A stretch of 64,000 nucleotides of DNA from a candidate division WOR-3 bacterium (GCA_020349965.1 CP070705.1:689092-753091), one strand, 5' to 3'; positions 43,970-55,215 are shown, numbered from the stretch's first letter. The notes: generated by a model not told the origin, from the letters alone. Made by a program: numbers and translations.

Positions 43970-44728
43970 TTGCGCCGCCAACAAATAATACTGTTCGTAT
44001 TACTGTTCGTCGTATCCATTGTCCCGCATTTCTTGAGCGAAGGCACGAATCTCGCTGTATCCAGAAACATATCATGGCTCGTTCTCTTCCCTGTAAGGAT
44101 AACCACCAATCTCTTCGAGTATCTAACCATATCCGCCAGGCGCATCGAGAGACTCGAAATACTCGTAACCAAGCTTCAACTCGAGAATGCGCTCCTCAAA
44201 GACCGCTTGGATTCTGACACGACCACACTAGAGTCCGAGGAACACGTCCTGCTCAAGGCGACCGTGATCGGACGTGATCCTCTGAACATCAACGGATATC
44301 TTCATATCGACAAAGGCACAAACCACGGTGTCGCCACCAATCAACCCGCGGTTTCGGTTTACGGCTTTGTCGGCAAAGTCAAACACGCTGGGCCGCTTAG
44401 CAGCATCGTCGAAACCGTTGAGAACTACGGGTTCACAGTCAGCGCAATCGATGTCAATACCGGTATTCACGGTATGATAAGGAAGAAAGAAAATCTCATG
44501 TTCCTTTATGTACGCCGAAGCGATACGATAAGTGTCGGCGATTCAATAATGACATCGGGCATGAGCGAAATCTTCCCAAAAGGCATTCTCATCGGCACGG
44601 TGCAGGCCATCTCCGAATCGGATAACATGTTCTTCAAGGATGTGTATGTGACTCCTGCGGCCCCGATAAATCGTCTTGTCTCAACATATATAATACAGAC
44701 CAGAATATCTTTTCGCCCGGGCAATTAG
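43970..44728 (+). CDS. mreC: Rod shape-determining protein MreC
   Basis: TM, coiled coil, IDKGTNHGV, TSGMSEIFPKGILIG; position after mreB. Confidence 0.9.
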   Translation: MRRQQIILFVLLFVVSIVPHFLSEGTNLAVSRNISWLVLFPVRITTNLFEYLTISARRIERLEILVTKLQLENALLKDRLDSDTTTLESEEHVLLKATVIGRDPLNINGYLHIDKGTNHGVATNQPAVSVYGFVGKVKHAGPLSSIVETVENYGFTVSAIDVNTGIHGMIRKKENLMFLYVRRSDTISVGDSIMTSGMSEIFPKGILIGTVQAISESDNMFFKDVYVTPAAPINRLVSTYIIQTRISFRPGN

Positions 44729-44730
44729 TC

Positions 44731-45153
44731 GTGCTTCGGTACCTCTTGTACGTCGTTGCGTTATACACTACGATACCGTTCAGCGGCTCGGTTGACGTAG
44801 CAACGATCATCGCTTTCTTCGTTATCATTGAAGAAGATTCGCGTTTTGCATTGGCATATGCCTTTCTTGCCGGATTGATCACCGACCTCTACTTTCCGGT
44901 TCGCCTGGGGATCAGTTCTCTGATCAACATCATACTGACTCAATCACTCATCGTGCTAAAGAAATATCTGGTGCTGAATCCGCTCACAACCATTGCTACA
45001 TTCATCGTCTTTTATTTCATAAAAACAGCCTTATTGAACATCTTCATCGCATCGCCAATAGACCCCGTCCAGATATCATGCACGATACTTGCGTTCTTTC
45101 CCACCTTGTTCATTCTCAAGAGAATCGTTCGTGGTTTATGGATGAAAGAGTAG
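44731..45153 (+). CDS. mreD: MreD-like membrane protein
   Basis: Hydrophobic, AFLAGLITDL; position between mreC and mrdA. Confidence 0.7.
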   Translation: MLRYLLYVVALYTTIPFSGSVDVATIIAFFVIIEEDSRFALAYAFLAGLITDLYFPVRLGISSLINIILTQSLIVLKKYLVLNPLTTIATFIVFYFIKTALLNIFIASPIDPVQISCTILAFFPTLFILKRIVRGLWMKE

Positions 45154-46889
45154 TCAATTTCAAGATCATCAGGAACATCATCCTCATCCTCGCGGTGGTA
45201 CTAGTCGGATGGAGCATCAGGCTCCAGATTGTCGAGGGGAAGAAATATTCGCGGCTCTCAGAAGAGAATCGTATCAGAAGGATCTTCAATCCGGCGCCGC
45301 GCGGAAGGATACTCGATCGAAACGGCGTCGAGGTTGCCAATACCAGACCCGGATTCTACGTTTCCGTCGTCAGGGCCACCATTGATGACGAAACCTTGTC
45401 CGCCCTTTCAAAGATACTCGGAATGAGCATACAGGACATTGTCGAGAAAAGCAAGATCGAAAAAAACGTTTATAACCCAGTCAAGATAGCGCACGATATT
45501 TCATACGAACAGCTTTCGATGATCGAAGAAAAGATCGATCTCTTCAACGGTGTGGAAGTCGGAGTAGAGCCACTCCGTCATTATCCATACAATGACCTGC
45601 TCTTTCACTTGGTCGGCTTTGTAGGAGAGATAACCTGTGAAGAAATCGAAGGAGATCCCGGTTATGTACTCGGTGACTACATCGGCAAGATGGGAGTCGA
45701 GCGCTACTACGAAAAGATATTGAAAGGAACACACGGGATCGAATACGTTGAAGTCGATGCCAAAGGAAAAGAAGTCGGCAAGATCGCAGAAAAACGGAGT
45801 GTTCCACCGACGCCCGGCGTTGACGTCAATATTACCATTGACATTGCCCTGACCGAGTCAATCAGCGTTTACCTCAGAGATTTCAAAAAAGCCGCGTGTG
45901 TATGTCTCGATCCAAAGAATGGTGCAGTATTAGCACTCTACTCAAAACCCAGTTTCGACCCCAACCTCTTCATTCACGGATTAAATAGTGAGGAGTGGAA
46001 CACGCTATTGACCGATCCAAGCGCACCAATGTACAACAGAGTAACGATGAGCTGCTACCCTCCCGGTTCAACGTTCAAGACTTTTATTGCCCTCGCTGCG
46101 CTCGATTCACGGATGAGCGTGAAGGAAAAGCGATTCGAGCCGTGTCTCGGCCTCTACCGGCTGGGACGCCGCGATTTCAAATGCTGGAAGAGACATGGCA
46201 GTCTTGATCTCATCAATGCGATCGTCTATTCCTGCGATGTCTATTTCTACCAGTTGGGCAGGTCTATCGGCATCGATACAATAGCCGATAGAGCGAGCAG
46301 ATTCGGCTTCGGCAAGAGAACTGGAATCGATTTGCACAACGAAAAGACAGGCAATCTGCCGGGTCGTTCATGGTTTGAAAAGAGATATGGTTTAAACTGG
46401 ACGCAAGGTCACATATTCAATCTGAGCATCGGCCAGGGCGACCTACTTGTGACCCCGTTACAGCTTGCCTGCGCCTATTCATTGTTCGTCAACGATGGCA
46501 AGATCCCCATGCCACACGTAATAGGCAGGAATGACACTACGTATTTTGCCACGAACATATCAACCGAGGCAATAGAAACGGTGAAGAAAGCATTGATCGG
46601 CGTAGTAGAACGCGGCACAGCCATGACCGCAAGAATTCCCGGTATACCAGTTTGCGGTAAAACCGGAACGAGTCAGAACCCGCACGGTGATGACCATGCG
46701 CTCTTCGCTGGTTATGCACCGGTCGATGACCCACAGATCTTAGTCTGCCTCTTGGTTGAAAATGCCGGGCATGGCGGAAGTGTTGCCGCACCAATAACCC
46801 GAAGGATTATCGAAGCATACTTGAATTCACACGATCACGCTGATTCACTAGCCTCAGCACCGTCGAGGTCGAATGTTCAGGAAGATTGA
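45138..46889 (+). CDS. mrdA: Penicillin-binding protein 2
   Basis: APRGRILDRNG, PGSTFK (SxxK), SCD (SxN variant), GKTGT. Confidence 0.95.
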   Translation: MDERVVNFKIIRNIILILAVVLVGWSIRLQIVEGKKYSRLSEENRIRRIFNPAPRGRILDRNGVEVANTRPGFYVSVVRATIDDETLSALSKILGMSIQDIVEKSKIEKNVYNPVKIAHDISYEQLSMIEEKIDLFNGVEVGVEPLRHYPYNDLLFHLVGFVGEITCEEIEGDPGYVLGDYIGKMGVERYYEKILKGTHGIEYVEVDAKGKEVGKIAEKRSVPPTPGVDVNITIDIALTESISVYLRDFKKAACVCLDPKNGAVLALYSKPSFDPNLFIHGLNSEEWNTLLTDPSAPMYNRVTMSCYPPGSTFKTFIALAALDSRMSVKEKRFEPCLGLYRLGRRDFKCWKRHGSLDLINAIVYSCDVYFYQLGRSIGIDTIADRASRFGFGKRTGIDLHNEKTGNLPGRSWFEKRYGLNWTQGHIFNLSIGQGDLLVTPLQLACAYSLFVNDGKIPMPHVIGRNDTTYFATNISTEAIETVKKALIGVVERGTAMTARIPGIPVCGKTGTSQNPHGDDHALFAGYAPVDDPQILVCLLVENAGHGGSVAAPITRRIIEAYLNSHDHADSLASAPSRSNVQED

Positions 46890-48051
46890 CCCCAGCATAG
46901 TCTGGACCACAGGTTTGCTCTCGCTACTTGGAATCATGATGATTTTCTCAACGGCAGGCTATTCAATCATGACCAGGCAAATCATCTGGCTTATCTTCTC
47001 ACTCGGCGTCGCACTCCTCTTTTCCAGAGTATCACCGCGTATCTGGCTAAACTTAAGCCCTGCCATCTATGCCATAGCTGTGCTCTTGACATTGGCGATC
47101 CTCTTAAAGGGAGACATCTATCCACGACGATGGATCCGGATCGGCGACGTCTCCATACAACCTTCTGAATTTGCCAAATTCGCCACCGTACTAATGCTCG
47201 CTTACTACCTTGCAGGTAAGAAGAGACTCTCCAATTTTTCGGACATGGTCGTACCTACGCTCATAGCAGGTTTACCCGCATTACTCGTGTTCGTCGAACC
47301 CGACCTTGGAGCTGCCCAGATATTCTTGCCAATATTGATCGTGATGAGTTATTGGGCTGGCATGCCTGGGTGGAAGATACTCATACTTTTCTCCCCGATC
47401 ATCTCCGCGATTGCGAGCTTTTCGATCTACGCATGGGTCGCGTACATGGTCATTCTCATGATTTTCTTATACTTCAGGAGACAACTGACTGACCTCGTCT
47501 ATGGGTTCGTGAGCAACACGCTGACGGGGCTAATCATGCCTCTGGTATGGAATTCCCTCAAAATCTACCAGCAGAAGAGAATTTTATCATTCTTCTCTCC
47601 CTGGCTCGATCCACGGGGCATGTCCTGGCAAATCATACAATCGAAGATCGCTATTGGCTCCGGAGGTATATTCGGTAAAGGGTTTCTGTCCGGAACACAG
47701 AAGAAATTGGAGTTCCTGCCCGAGCGCCACACCGATTTCATCTTCTCATGTCTCGGCGAGGAATTCGGACTATTCGGTATTATCATTGTGCTCACGCTCT
47801 ACGTCTACCTCGTGTATCGCCTGTTGACATTGGCAAAGGAAACACGCAACCGGTTCTCTAGCATTTTGGTTTGCGGATTCATGACGTGGATCGCATATCA
47901 AACCTTCATAAACATCGGCGTGACCATGGGTCTACTGCCCGTGACCGGCGTCCCGCTGCCCTTCATAAGTTACGGCGGTTCAGCGTTGTTGTCGTGTTTC
48001 ATGGCAATAGGTATCTGCCTTTCGATATCACGAGTGAAGATGTCATACTGA
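46873..48051 (+). CDS. rodA: SEDS peptidoglycan polymerase RodA
   Basis: IQPSEFAK, EPDLG, SKIAIGSGG, PERHTDFIF, TGVPLPFISYGGS. Confidence 0.95.
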   Translation: MFRKIDPSIVWTTGLLSLLGIMMIFSTAGYSIMTRQIIWLIFSLGVALLFSRVSPRIWLNLSPAIYAIAVLLTLAILLKGDIYPRRWIRIGDVSIQPSEFAKFATVLMLAYYLAGKKRLSNFSDMVVPTLIAGLPALLVFVEPDLGAAQIFLPILIVMSYWAGMPGWKILILFSPIISAIASFSIYAWVAYMVILMIFLYFRRQLTDLVYGFVSNTLTGLIMPLVWNSLKIYQQKRILSFFSPWLDPRGMSWQIIQSKIAIGSGGIFGKGFLSGTQKKLEFLPERHTDFIFSCLGEEFGLFGIIIVLTLYVYLVYRLLTLAKETRNRFSSILVCGFMTWIAYQTFINIGVTMGLLPVTGVPLPFISYGGSALLSCFMAIGICLSISRVKMSY

Positions 48052-48288
48052 GCCCGCGACCTGGACCCATGTTGAAGCAAATGGCTCTCTCCTGGCGTTC
48101 AAATACCGAAAACGCGGGAGAAATTTCTTGACAGAGAATAATAAATCGGCTAATATACTCCCAATACAATTTATGACTGATTCTACCAACCACGGAATAA
48201 TCGACGCCGACATGATTGAGAGCACGAAGGTTACTTCGTGTCTGAAAAAGCTGGAACATGACGGGCAAGCCATGAGGTCGATCGCACC

Positions 48289-49350
48289 ATGAGTGCACAC
48301 ATTGACCTCGATGCCCTTCTCGAACAACTAGTTCTGCAGGAAGGTTCTGACCTTCACCTCCGGTTTGGTGAGCCACCTTTTTACCGCATCGGCGGCGAGT
48401 TGGTGAAGACCGACCTTCCCAGATTGGATGACGCCGAACTCGAACGGTTGATATCCGCGATCATGAATCCCGATCAACAGAAAGCATTTTACAAACTGCA
48501 GGAATACGATACATCATATGAAATCCCCGGAGTCGCAAGGTTCAGGGTCAACTGTTTCATACAAATGAACCATCTTGCTGTGGTCATGCGGACAATTCCC
48601 ATTAAGATCAAAACCATCGATGAATTGAACCTTCCTCCAATTTTCAAGAAGATCGCGCAATTACCGCGTGGACTCGTCCTCGTTACGGGTCCTACTGGAA
48701 GCGGCAAATCAACAACGCTGGCGGCAATGATAGAACATATCAACCGGAACTTCCGCAAACATATCATCACCATTGAGGACCCTATCGAATTCCAGCATCG
48801 TGACCGGAAATCGATAATCGAACAGCGCGAAGTCGGCATTGACACCAACTCGTATAGCGAAGCATTACGTAGAATTATCAGACAAAACCCGGACACGATT
48901 CTCGTCGGCGAGATGCGCGATCTCGAGACGGCAGCCGAAACGGTCACTGCGGCAGAAACCGGACACCTTGTCTTCTCAACGCTTCACACCATAGACGCCG
49001 TCCAAACCGTTGACCGTATAATCGATGTCTTCCCTCCCGCGCAGCAGCAACAGATTCGTCTCCAACTATCAATGACACTACAGGCGGTCATCACTGAGAC
49101 ACTGCTTCGCAAGAAGGACAATACCGGTCGTGTACCTGCTTTTGAAATAATGGTCTGCACACAGGCAATACGTAACGCAATCAGAGAATCCAAGACACAT
49201 CAGATATTCACTGCAATCCAAACCGGGGCGCGAATGGGAATGACAACGATGGATCAGTACCTCAAAAACCTCTACTTGAAGGGTATCGTCGACCGCGAAG
49301 AGGCAATTGCCCATTCAGCGCACCCCGAGGAATTCAACAATACTGTCTAA
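48289..49350 (+). CDS. pilT: Type IV pilus retraction ATPase PilT
   Basis: GPTGSGKST, TIEDPIE, GEMRD, AETGHLVFSTLHT, AIRNAIRE. Confidence 0.92.
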   Translation: MSAHIDLDALLEQLVLQEGSDLHLRFGEPPFYRIGGELVKTDLPRLDDAELERLISAIMNPDQQKAFYKLQEYDTSYEIPGVARFRVNCFIQMNHLAVVMRTIPIKIKTIDELNLPPIFKKIAQLPRGLVLVTGPTGSGKSTTLAAMIEHINRNFRKHIITIEDPIEFQHRDRKSIIEQREVGIDTNSYSEALRRIIRQNPDTILVGEMRDLETAAETVTAAETGHLVFSTLHTIDAVQTVDRIIDVFPPAQQQQIRLQLSMTLQAVITETLLRKKDNTGRVPAFEIMVCTQAIRNAIRESKTHQIFTAIQTGARMGMTTMDQYLKNLYLKGIVDREEAIAHSAHPEEFNNTV

Positions 49351-50426
49351 TGGCATTGATACAAGAGTTACTGGCAAAACAGATTCAGAGTAGTGCTTCG
49401 GACCTCATCCTCAAGGTCGGCTCTCCGGCAGTCCTGCGCATCCATGGTGACCTTATCAACATTGACTCCGGGGCGATGACCGATGCCGACATAAAATCAT
49501 GCATTGCCGGTATCCTTACTGAAACACAACTCAGACAATTCCACGAGCACAAAGAGATAGACATATCATATGAAAATGCTCAAGGTACACGCTTTCGCGT
49601 CAATGTTTTCCGCCAACAAGGTGTATCCGGTATGGTGCTCAGAGCAATTCCCAGCCGCGTGCCGACAATCGAGGAATTGGGCATTCCGGCCACACTTCGC
49701 AGCATCACGATGCGACCCCGCGGCCTGATCATCGTGACCGGGCCTTCTGGTTGCGGTAAATCGACCACGCAGGCAGCGCTGATCAATCACCGTAACGAAA
49801 ACGACCCGTGCCACATAGTGACTGTAGAAGATCCCATAGAATTCATCCACAAGAACAAGAAGGCCCTCGTTACGCAGAGAGAAGTCGGACGTGATACGCA
49901 TAGTTTTGCCAACGCCTTGAAATTCGTCTTACGGCAAGATCCGGATGTCATCCTTGTTGGCGAAATGAGAGACCTGGAAACCATTTCACTCGCCATAACC
50001 GCCGCGGAAACCGGGCATACTGTCATTACCACACTCCATACCTCAGATTCCGTATCGACGATTGACCGCATGATAGACGTATTTCCGCCACACCAGCAAT
50101 CACAGATAAGAATGCAGCTGTCGCTGAACCTGCTCTGCGTCATATCTCAAAACCTACTCAAACGCACGGATGGCAAAGGAAGGGTTGCAGCGTACGAAAT
50201 ACTGATAGCAACGCCGTCGGTCAGAAACCTCATACGTGAGGCAAAGACTCATCAGATATCTTCTGCTCTGCAGACATCTCAGCAATATGGTATGATCTCG
50301 TTCGATGCATGTCTGGCCAATTTCGTGCGAAAGAGGACCGTAACGAAAGAGGAGGCTTTAAGCAAGGCTTTGAATCCGGAGACCTTCATAAAAGAACTGG
50401 ACCTGCTCTCAAAATCAAGTGGTTAA
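49350..50426 (+). CDS. pilT: PilT/PilU family ATPase (second)
   Basis: GPSGCGKST, EDPIE, RQDPD, AETGH, SVRNLIRE. Confidence 0.88.
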   Translation: MALIQELLAKQIQSSASDLILKVGSPAVLRIHGDLINIDSGAMTDADIKSCIAGILTETQLRQFHEHKEIDISYENAQGTRFRVNVFRQQGVSGMVLRAIPSRVPTIEELGIPATLRSITMRPRGLIIVTGPSGCGKSTTQAALINHRNENDPCHIVTVEDPIEFIHKNKKALVTQREVGRDTHSFANALKFVLRQDPDVILVGEMRDLETISLAITAAETGHTVITTLHTSDSVSTIDRMIDVFPPHQQSQIRMQLSLNLLCVISQNLLKRTDGKGRVAAYEILIATPSVRNLIREAKTHQISSALQTSQQYGMISFDACLANFVRKRTVTKEEALSKALNPETFIKELDLLSKSSG

Positions 50427-52497
50427 GAAAACCTCACTCCGACTCGGTAGCCCTGTACAGTATGTAAAGGGAATCGGACCGAAACGGGCAGCCTGCCTTG
50501 CCAGGATCGGTGTCGAGACGGTTCGAGATCTACTCCTCCTCGTACCCAGAAGATATATCGATTATTCGACGGTCTTCAAAATCCGCGATGTGAAGATCGA
50601 CGACGAAGCAACGGTCATCGGCAGGATCAAGCATGTCTCTGCACGCCAAACGAGGAATCGCACAAACCTGGTCACGGCGCTGCTGAGCGATTCGACCGGT
50701 TCGATCGTGTTGAAATGGTTCAACCGACCCGACCTTAAGAAAAGGATCAAAGTCGGTGAATTGATCCTGGTTTCGGGCAAGGTCACGGCCTACGGAACGA
50801 GACAGTTCGTCAATCCATTGTACGAATTCATAGATGAGGGACAGACTGAACAGACAATACATGGATCAATAATCCCCATCTACCCGCTGACCGAGGGCCT
50901 GACAACCTGGGATATCAGGAGAGCCGTTAGGATCGCACTGGAAAAGTGCCTACCTGAGTTCAAAGAGACCCTATCCCAGTCGTTAATCGCCAGAAACGGA
51001 TTGCTTCAGCTTCATCGGGCGATTCAATGCATTCACTTCCCCGGGGACATCGATGAGGCCCGAGCAGCCCGCAACCGGCTCGTCTACGACGAGTTCTTCT
51101 TCTTTGAGCTCATCCTCGCCAGGCGGAAGACAGAATTGCAGGAAAAACCCGGCATTCCTTTCGTTACAAAAGATACATTGACCGGGCCATTCGTTAAGGA
51201 CTTGCCCTTTACACTCACGCAGGGGCAGACCGCAGCCATTAAAAGCATCACTGATGATATGAGAAGGGCACGTCCGATGAACCGCCTTCTTCAGGGTGAT
51301 GTAGGTTCTGGGAAAACAGTGGTCGCTGTCTACGCGATACTCATCGCGCTCGAAAACGATTACCAGGCCGTTCTCATGGCCCCAACCGAAATACTTGCCG
51401 AACAGCATTACATGGTGCTCAGGGACATGTTGGCCAGCATTGGCATACAGCCATTTCTCTTGACGGGCAGTACGAAAGGCAGTGAACGCAATGTGGTCAT
51501 CGAAAAGATCGCATCTGGCGAGGCCAAGCTCGTACTCGGCACTCATGCATTGATTGAAGAGGAAATATCATTCAGCAGGCTCGGCATGGTCGTCGTCGAT
51601 GAGCAACACCGCTTCGGGGTCATGCAGCGCGCGGCACTTGTCAACAAGGGCATAAACCCGGATTTTCTCGTTCTTTCTGCAACGCCTATACCGAGGACAC
51701 TTGCTTTGACCCTGTACGGGGATCTCGATATTTCGATAATAAAAGAGAAACCGCCGGCCCGGGGCGAGGTCATCACCAAAATAATCCATGAGCGGGAGAA
51801 GAAGAAGCTCTTCCGTTTTATCCGTGACATACTGACCCAGGGGCGCCAGGCTTTTGTCATTTGTCCAATAATCGAAAAATCAGAGACCATGGAATTAAAA
51901 TCGGTGGCTGAAGTTACCGACGAGATAACGACCGCGTTCCCGGATTTTTCGGTAGCCGTCATTCATGGGCGCCTCAGTACATCGGAAAGACTGCACATAA
52001 TGAGTGAATACCGACTCGGCAATATCACGATGCTAGTCGCCACGACGGTCGTAGAAGTCGGTGTCGACATCCCCAATGCCACGGTCATGATCATCATGCA
52101 TCCTGAGCGTTTCGGTCTCGCTCAGCTGCACCAATTGAGGGGCCGTATCGGAAGAGGTGCCCAAGAATCTTATTGCTTCCTCGTCGTGAGCCGCTACCTG
52201 CAGCCGGACACATATGATCGCATTCAATTCTTTGAGAAGAACACCGATGGATTCGCCCTCGCGCAAAAGGACATGAGGCTGCGTGGGCCCGGCGAAGTGC
52301 TCGGCAAACGGCAGCATGGCTTGCCCGATATCAATATCGGTGACATCGAATACGACCGCGACCTTCTGTTCAAAGCGCGGGATGACGCGTTCTCATTGAT
52401 AGAACAAGATCCAGGCTTTGATAGTCCGGAAAACTATCATATCAAAGCGCATCTCGATAATTTGACTCATAGAGCCGAACTCTTGAGCATCGGCTAA
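50419..52497 (+). CDS. recG: ATP-dependent DNA helicase RecG
   Basis: LLQGDVGSGKT, DEQHRFG, SATPIPR, GLAQLHQLRGRIGRG, LRGPGE. Confidence 0.97.
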   Translation: MVKKTSLRLGSPVQYVKGIGPKRAACLARIGVETVRDLLLLVPRRYIDYSTVFKIRDVKIDDEATVIGRIKHVSARQTRNRTNLVTALLSDSTGSIVLKWFNRPDLKKRIKVGELILVSGKVTAYGTRQFVNPLYEFIDEGQTEQTIHGSIIPIYPLTEGLTTWDIRRAVRIALEKCLPEFKETLSQSLIARNGLLQLHRAIQCIHFPGDIDEARAARNRLVYDEFFFFELILARRKTELQEKPGIPFVTKDTLTGPFVKDLPFTLTQGQTAAIKSITDDMRRARPMNRLLQGDVGSGKTVVAVYAILIALENDYQAVLMAPTEILAEQHYMVLRDMLASIGIQPFLLTGSTKGSERNVVIEKIASGEAKLVLGTHALIEEEISFSRLGMVVVDEQHRFGVMQRAALVNKGINPDFLVLSATPIPRTLALTLYGDLDISIIKEKPPARGEVITKIIHEREKKKLFRFIRDILTQGRQAFVICPIIEKSETMELKSVAEVTDEITTAFPDFSVAVIHGRLSTSERLHIMSEYRLGNITMLVATTVVEVGVDIPNATVMIIMHPERFGLAQLHQLRGRIGRGAQESYCFLVVSRYLQPDTYDRIQFFEKNTDGFALAQKDMRLRGPGEVLGKRQHGLPDINIGDIEYDRDLLFKARDDAFSLIEQDPGFDSPENYHIKAHLDNLTHRAELLSIG

Positions 52498-52507
52498 AGG
52501 AGACACT

Positions 52508-53470
52508 ATGAGAAGAGTAAACTTCGTCTTTCTGATCCTTATCTTGAGTGTATCATGCGCCCGTCTGAAACGAAGCGTCGGAAAGAGCAACGATGTGGTC
52601 GTCGTACTCTCAAATCTCGACCAGAATCTCGTAACAGAAGCAACACAACTCTACAATTATGTGCCCCAGAAAGAAGGCTTATTCAACTTCATCTTTGTCG
52701 GCGATACGCTGTTGGATGCCTACCAATATCACCACGCAATATTACTCTGCGGCACGCTGCAGGATGATGCCATACAAACGCTTTTGAACCGAGAGGCGCG
52801 CAATCAGACGGAGAAAGATACCATTACCCTCTTCAAGAAGAACGATTTATGGGCAAGCGACCAACTGACCCTCATACTTGCGGTACGGGATGGGCAATAC
52901 CTGGACAAGGCTTTCAGGAAATACGGTAAGCTCATCGCTCAAACACTTGAAGAGAATTACTATCAGCGGGTAAAGAGGAATTATTACATCTCCGGCATCA
53001 GCAGCAAAATGAAGGATCACCTGAAGAGATATGGCATGACGATCGATATCAGTGAAGCCTGGCTCATCGACACCACGTATCAGGCGGATGATTTTATCTA
53101 TGTCCACACGCACTTCCCCGACCGAAGCATATTCTTCTACAAGGAAGCGAGGACCAACACAATCGACGACACTTTTGCGCTTGCCAAGAGGGATTCCTTG
53201 ACGAAGAAATACTACAGCGGAGATTACATCCTGGGTGAACTCACGGTCATTGAACCCATTGAGTTTCTCGGACTCAAAGGCTTAAGGATGAGAGGTGTAT
53301 GGCAGAACGACTCACTCGTCGCAGGCGGACCTTTCCTTTCATATTTCCTCAGCGATAAGGATACACTCTATATAATTGATGGAGTCGTTTTCAACCCCGG
53401 CGAACGGAAGACCGATTACCTGACCAAAATCGAGGTAATCATGAACTCGTTGAATCTAATTCGTTCTTGA
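52508..53470 (+). CDS. Lipoprotein, DUF4837-like
   Basis: Lipobox LSVSC; C-terminal RGVWQND..GGPFLSY and DGVVFNPG recalled as typical of DUF4837. Confidence 0.6.
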   Translation: MRRVNFVFLILILSVSCARLKRSVGKSNDVVVVLSNLDQNLVTEATQLYNYVPQKEGLFNFIFVGDTLLDAYQYHHAILLCGTLQDDAIQTLLNREARNQTEKDTITLFKKNDLWASDQLTLILAVRDGQYLDKAFRKYGKLIAQTLEENYYQRVKRNYYISGISSKMKDHLKRYGMTIDISEAWLIDTTYQADDFIYVHTHFPDRSIFFYKEARTNTIDDTFALAKRDSLTKKYYSGDYILGELTVIEPIEFLGLKGLRMRGVWQNDSLVAGGPFLSYFLSDKDTLYIIDGVVFNPGERKTDYLTKIEVIMNSLNLIRS

Positions 53471-53514
53471 CAAAATAGATATAATGTATAAGATAAGTTA
53501 TACTAAGGACAGAG

Positions 53515-54762
53515 ATGAATGAACTTGATTTTTCCGAAATATCAAGGCTGAGCGAAAAATACAGCAAGGACCCGCAGTCTCGCATTTTTGTGCAGCTGGC
53601 GGATGTTTATCGGAAGAACAACATGGTAGACGAAGCGCTGGATGTACTGAACAAAGGACTCGCGTACCATCCAGAATATCCTCTGGCATATCTTGTGCTG
53701 GGCAAGTGCTACTTCGACAAGAGATCCCATGTCCAGGCAAAGGACGCGTTTGAGAAAACGATCTCGTTGGACCCGCAAAACGTAGTCGCCCTCCGCATGC
53801 TGGCAAGGACATGTGAAATGCTGAAGGACGAGAAGGGCCAAATAAATGCTTACAAGAACATCATTGCGATCGATCCCCTGGACACGAACGCCAAAGAAAA
53901 ACTATCGATGCTTGAAGCCCTTCAACGCAAGGAACCGCTATACACCGTAGCCATGGCCGAGGAATATGAAAAACAAGGTAATATCGAAGAATCCCTGAAG
54001 ATCTATGAAAACCTTCTATTCACCGATCCCAGTGATCTGATATTGAAGCAGAAAGTGGCAGAATTGAAAAAAGTAATCGAAGAGAAGAAACGGGTACACG
54101 AAAGCGAAAAGATCGGAGAAATGAAGATAGAGACCGTATTCGAACCCGACGAACTGAAAAACGAGGGCACAACGGAACAGCGAGCCTCGACACCGGCCAC
54201 AGCATCTCAGGCTGGATCGGAGCCGGCCCCTGCAGTCGAAGAAGGCATTCAGAGCCTCGAAGATTTCCTCGTCGAGGAGTTGGAACAGGCAGCAGACAAG
54301 ATCGCGACCCAACACGATGAGCAAGAACGTGTTCCTGAGAAGCCCGTCCCACAAGAGACGCCAGGGGAAGATGAGGGAGTGACCGAACCCGCATCGGCAA
54401 AGAGTGATGGTGCCATTCCGTTACCGTCCCAACCCAGTGAGCCTGCAGAAAAACCGACCCCGGCGCAGGAACCATCATTCGGTGACATAAAGCTCGAAGA
54501 ACCTACGCCCGCTGCCGTAGTGCCGGGATCCCGTATCGAGGATCAAAAACCTCCTCCAAGCGACGAACCAGAACCTATTGCCCAAGAACCAGTGACTCAG
54601 ACGAGCGAGCCGAGTACGCCACAAACACCTACAGAAGAACCTGTTGCGGTGCTCGAGGCACCGGATGTAAAGGAAGAGAAAGATACGGGCGAGAAAACGA
54701 AAAAACCGGATGAGGAAGATTTCAAATCATTCCAAGAATGGCTATCAGGATTGCTGAAATGA
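53515..54762 (+). CDS. TPR protein with acidic Pro-rich linker and short C-terminal motif
   Basis: SRIFVQLADVYRK TPRs; TVAMAEEYEKQG; E/P-rich tract; ends EDFKSFQEWLSGLLK. Confidence 0.8.
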   Translation: MNELDFSEISRLSEKYSKDPQSRIFVQLADVYRKNNMVDEALDVLNKGLAYHPEYPLAYLVLGKCYFDKRSHVQAKDAFEKTISLDPQNVVALRMLARTCEMLKDEKGQINAYKNIIAIDPLDTNAKEKLSMLEALQRKEPLYTVAMAEEYEKQGNIEESLKIYENLLFTDPSDLILKQKVAELKKVIEEKKRVHESEKIGEMKIETVFEPDELKNEGTTEQRASTPATASQAGSEPAPAVEEGIQSLEDFLVEELEQAADKIATQHDEQERVPEKPVPQETPGEDEGVTEPASAKSDGAIPLPSQPSEPAEKPTPAQEPSFGDIKLEEPTPAAVVPGSRIEDQKPPPSDEPEPIAQEPVTQTSEPSTPQTPTEEPVAVLEAPDVKEEKDTGEKTKKPDEEDFKSFQEWLSGLLK

Positions 54763-55199
54763 AGATAAAGAGCGTCGAGAAACTCGTTAAGATACTTGAA
54801 AACAGTATCGTAAGAGAGATTGAAATTACTGATTTTTGGGGGCGTAAGATCAAAATCAGCAAGACGGCCGGCAATACTCGCGCGGCAGAACACCATGCAA
54901 CGCCATCCACAGAAATGAAGAAGGAGACCGTAGCAAAAGAGGAAACTGAGAGCACGAATCTTGCGGCAATAAGGTCACCAATTGTCGGAACATTCTACCG
55001 GTCTCCTGCGCCCGATGCACCGCACTATGTGGAAGTGGGAGACATAGTCAAACCGGGTCAGGTTGTCTGTATTGTTGAAGCAATGAAATTGATGAACGAA
55101 ATTGAATCGGACGTCGCCGGTAGAGTAGTGAAAATACTGGTGAAGAATGAGGACCCAGTTGAGTACAATCAGGAACTCATGCTGATTGAACCGCTGTAG
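54759..55199 (+). CDS. accB: Biotin carboxyl carrier protein
   Basis: SPIVGTFYRSP, EAMKLMNEI biotinylation motif. Confidence 0.96.
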   Translation: MKIKSVEKLVKILENSIVREIEITDFWGRKIKISKTAGNTRAAEHHATPSTEMKKETVAKEETESTNLAAIRSPIVGTFYRSPAPDAPHYVEVGDIVKPGQVVCIVEAMKLMNEIESDVAGRVVKILVKNEDPVEYNQELMLIEPL

Positions 55200-55215
55200 C
55201 TAACAAGGGAGCGAC

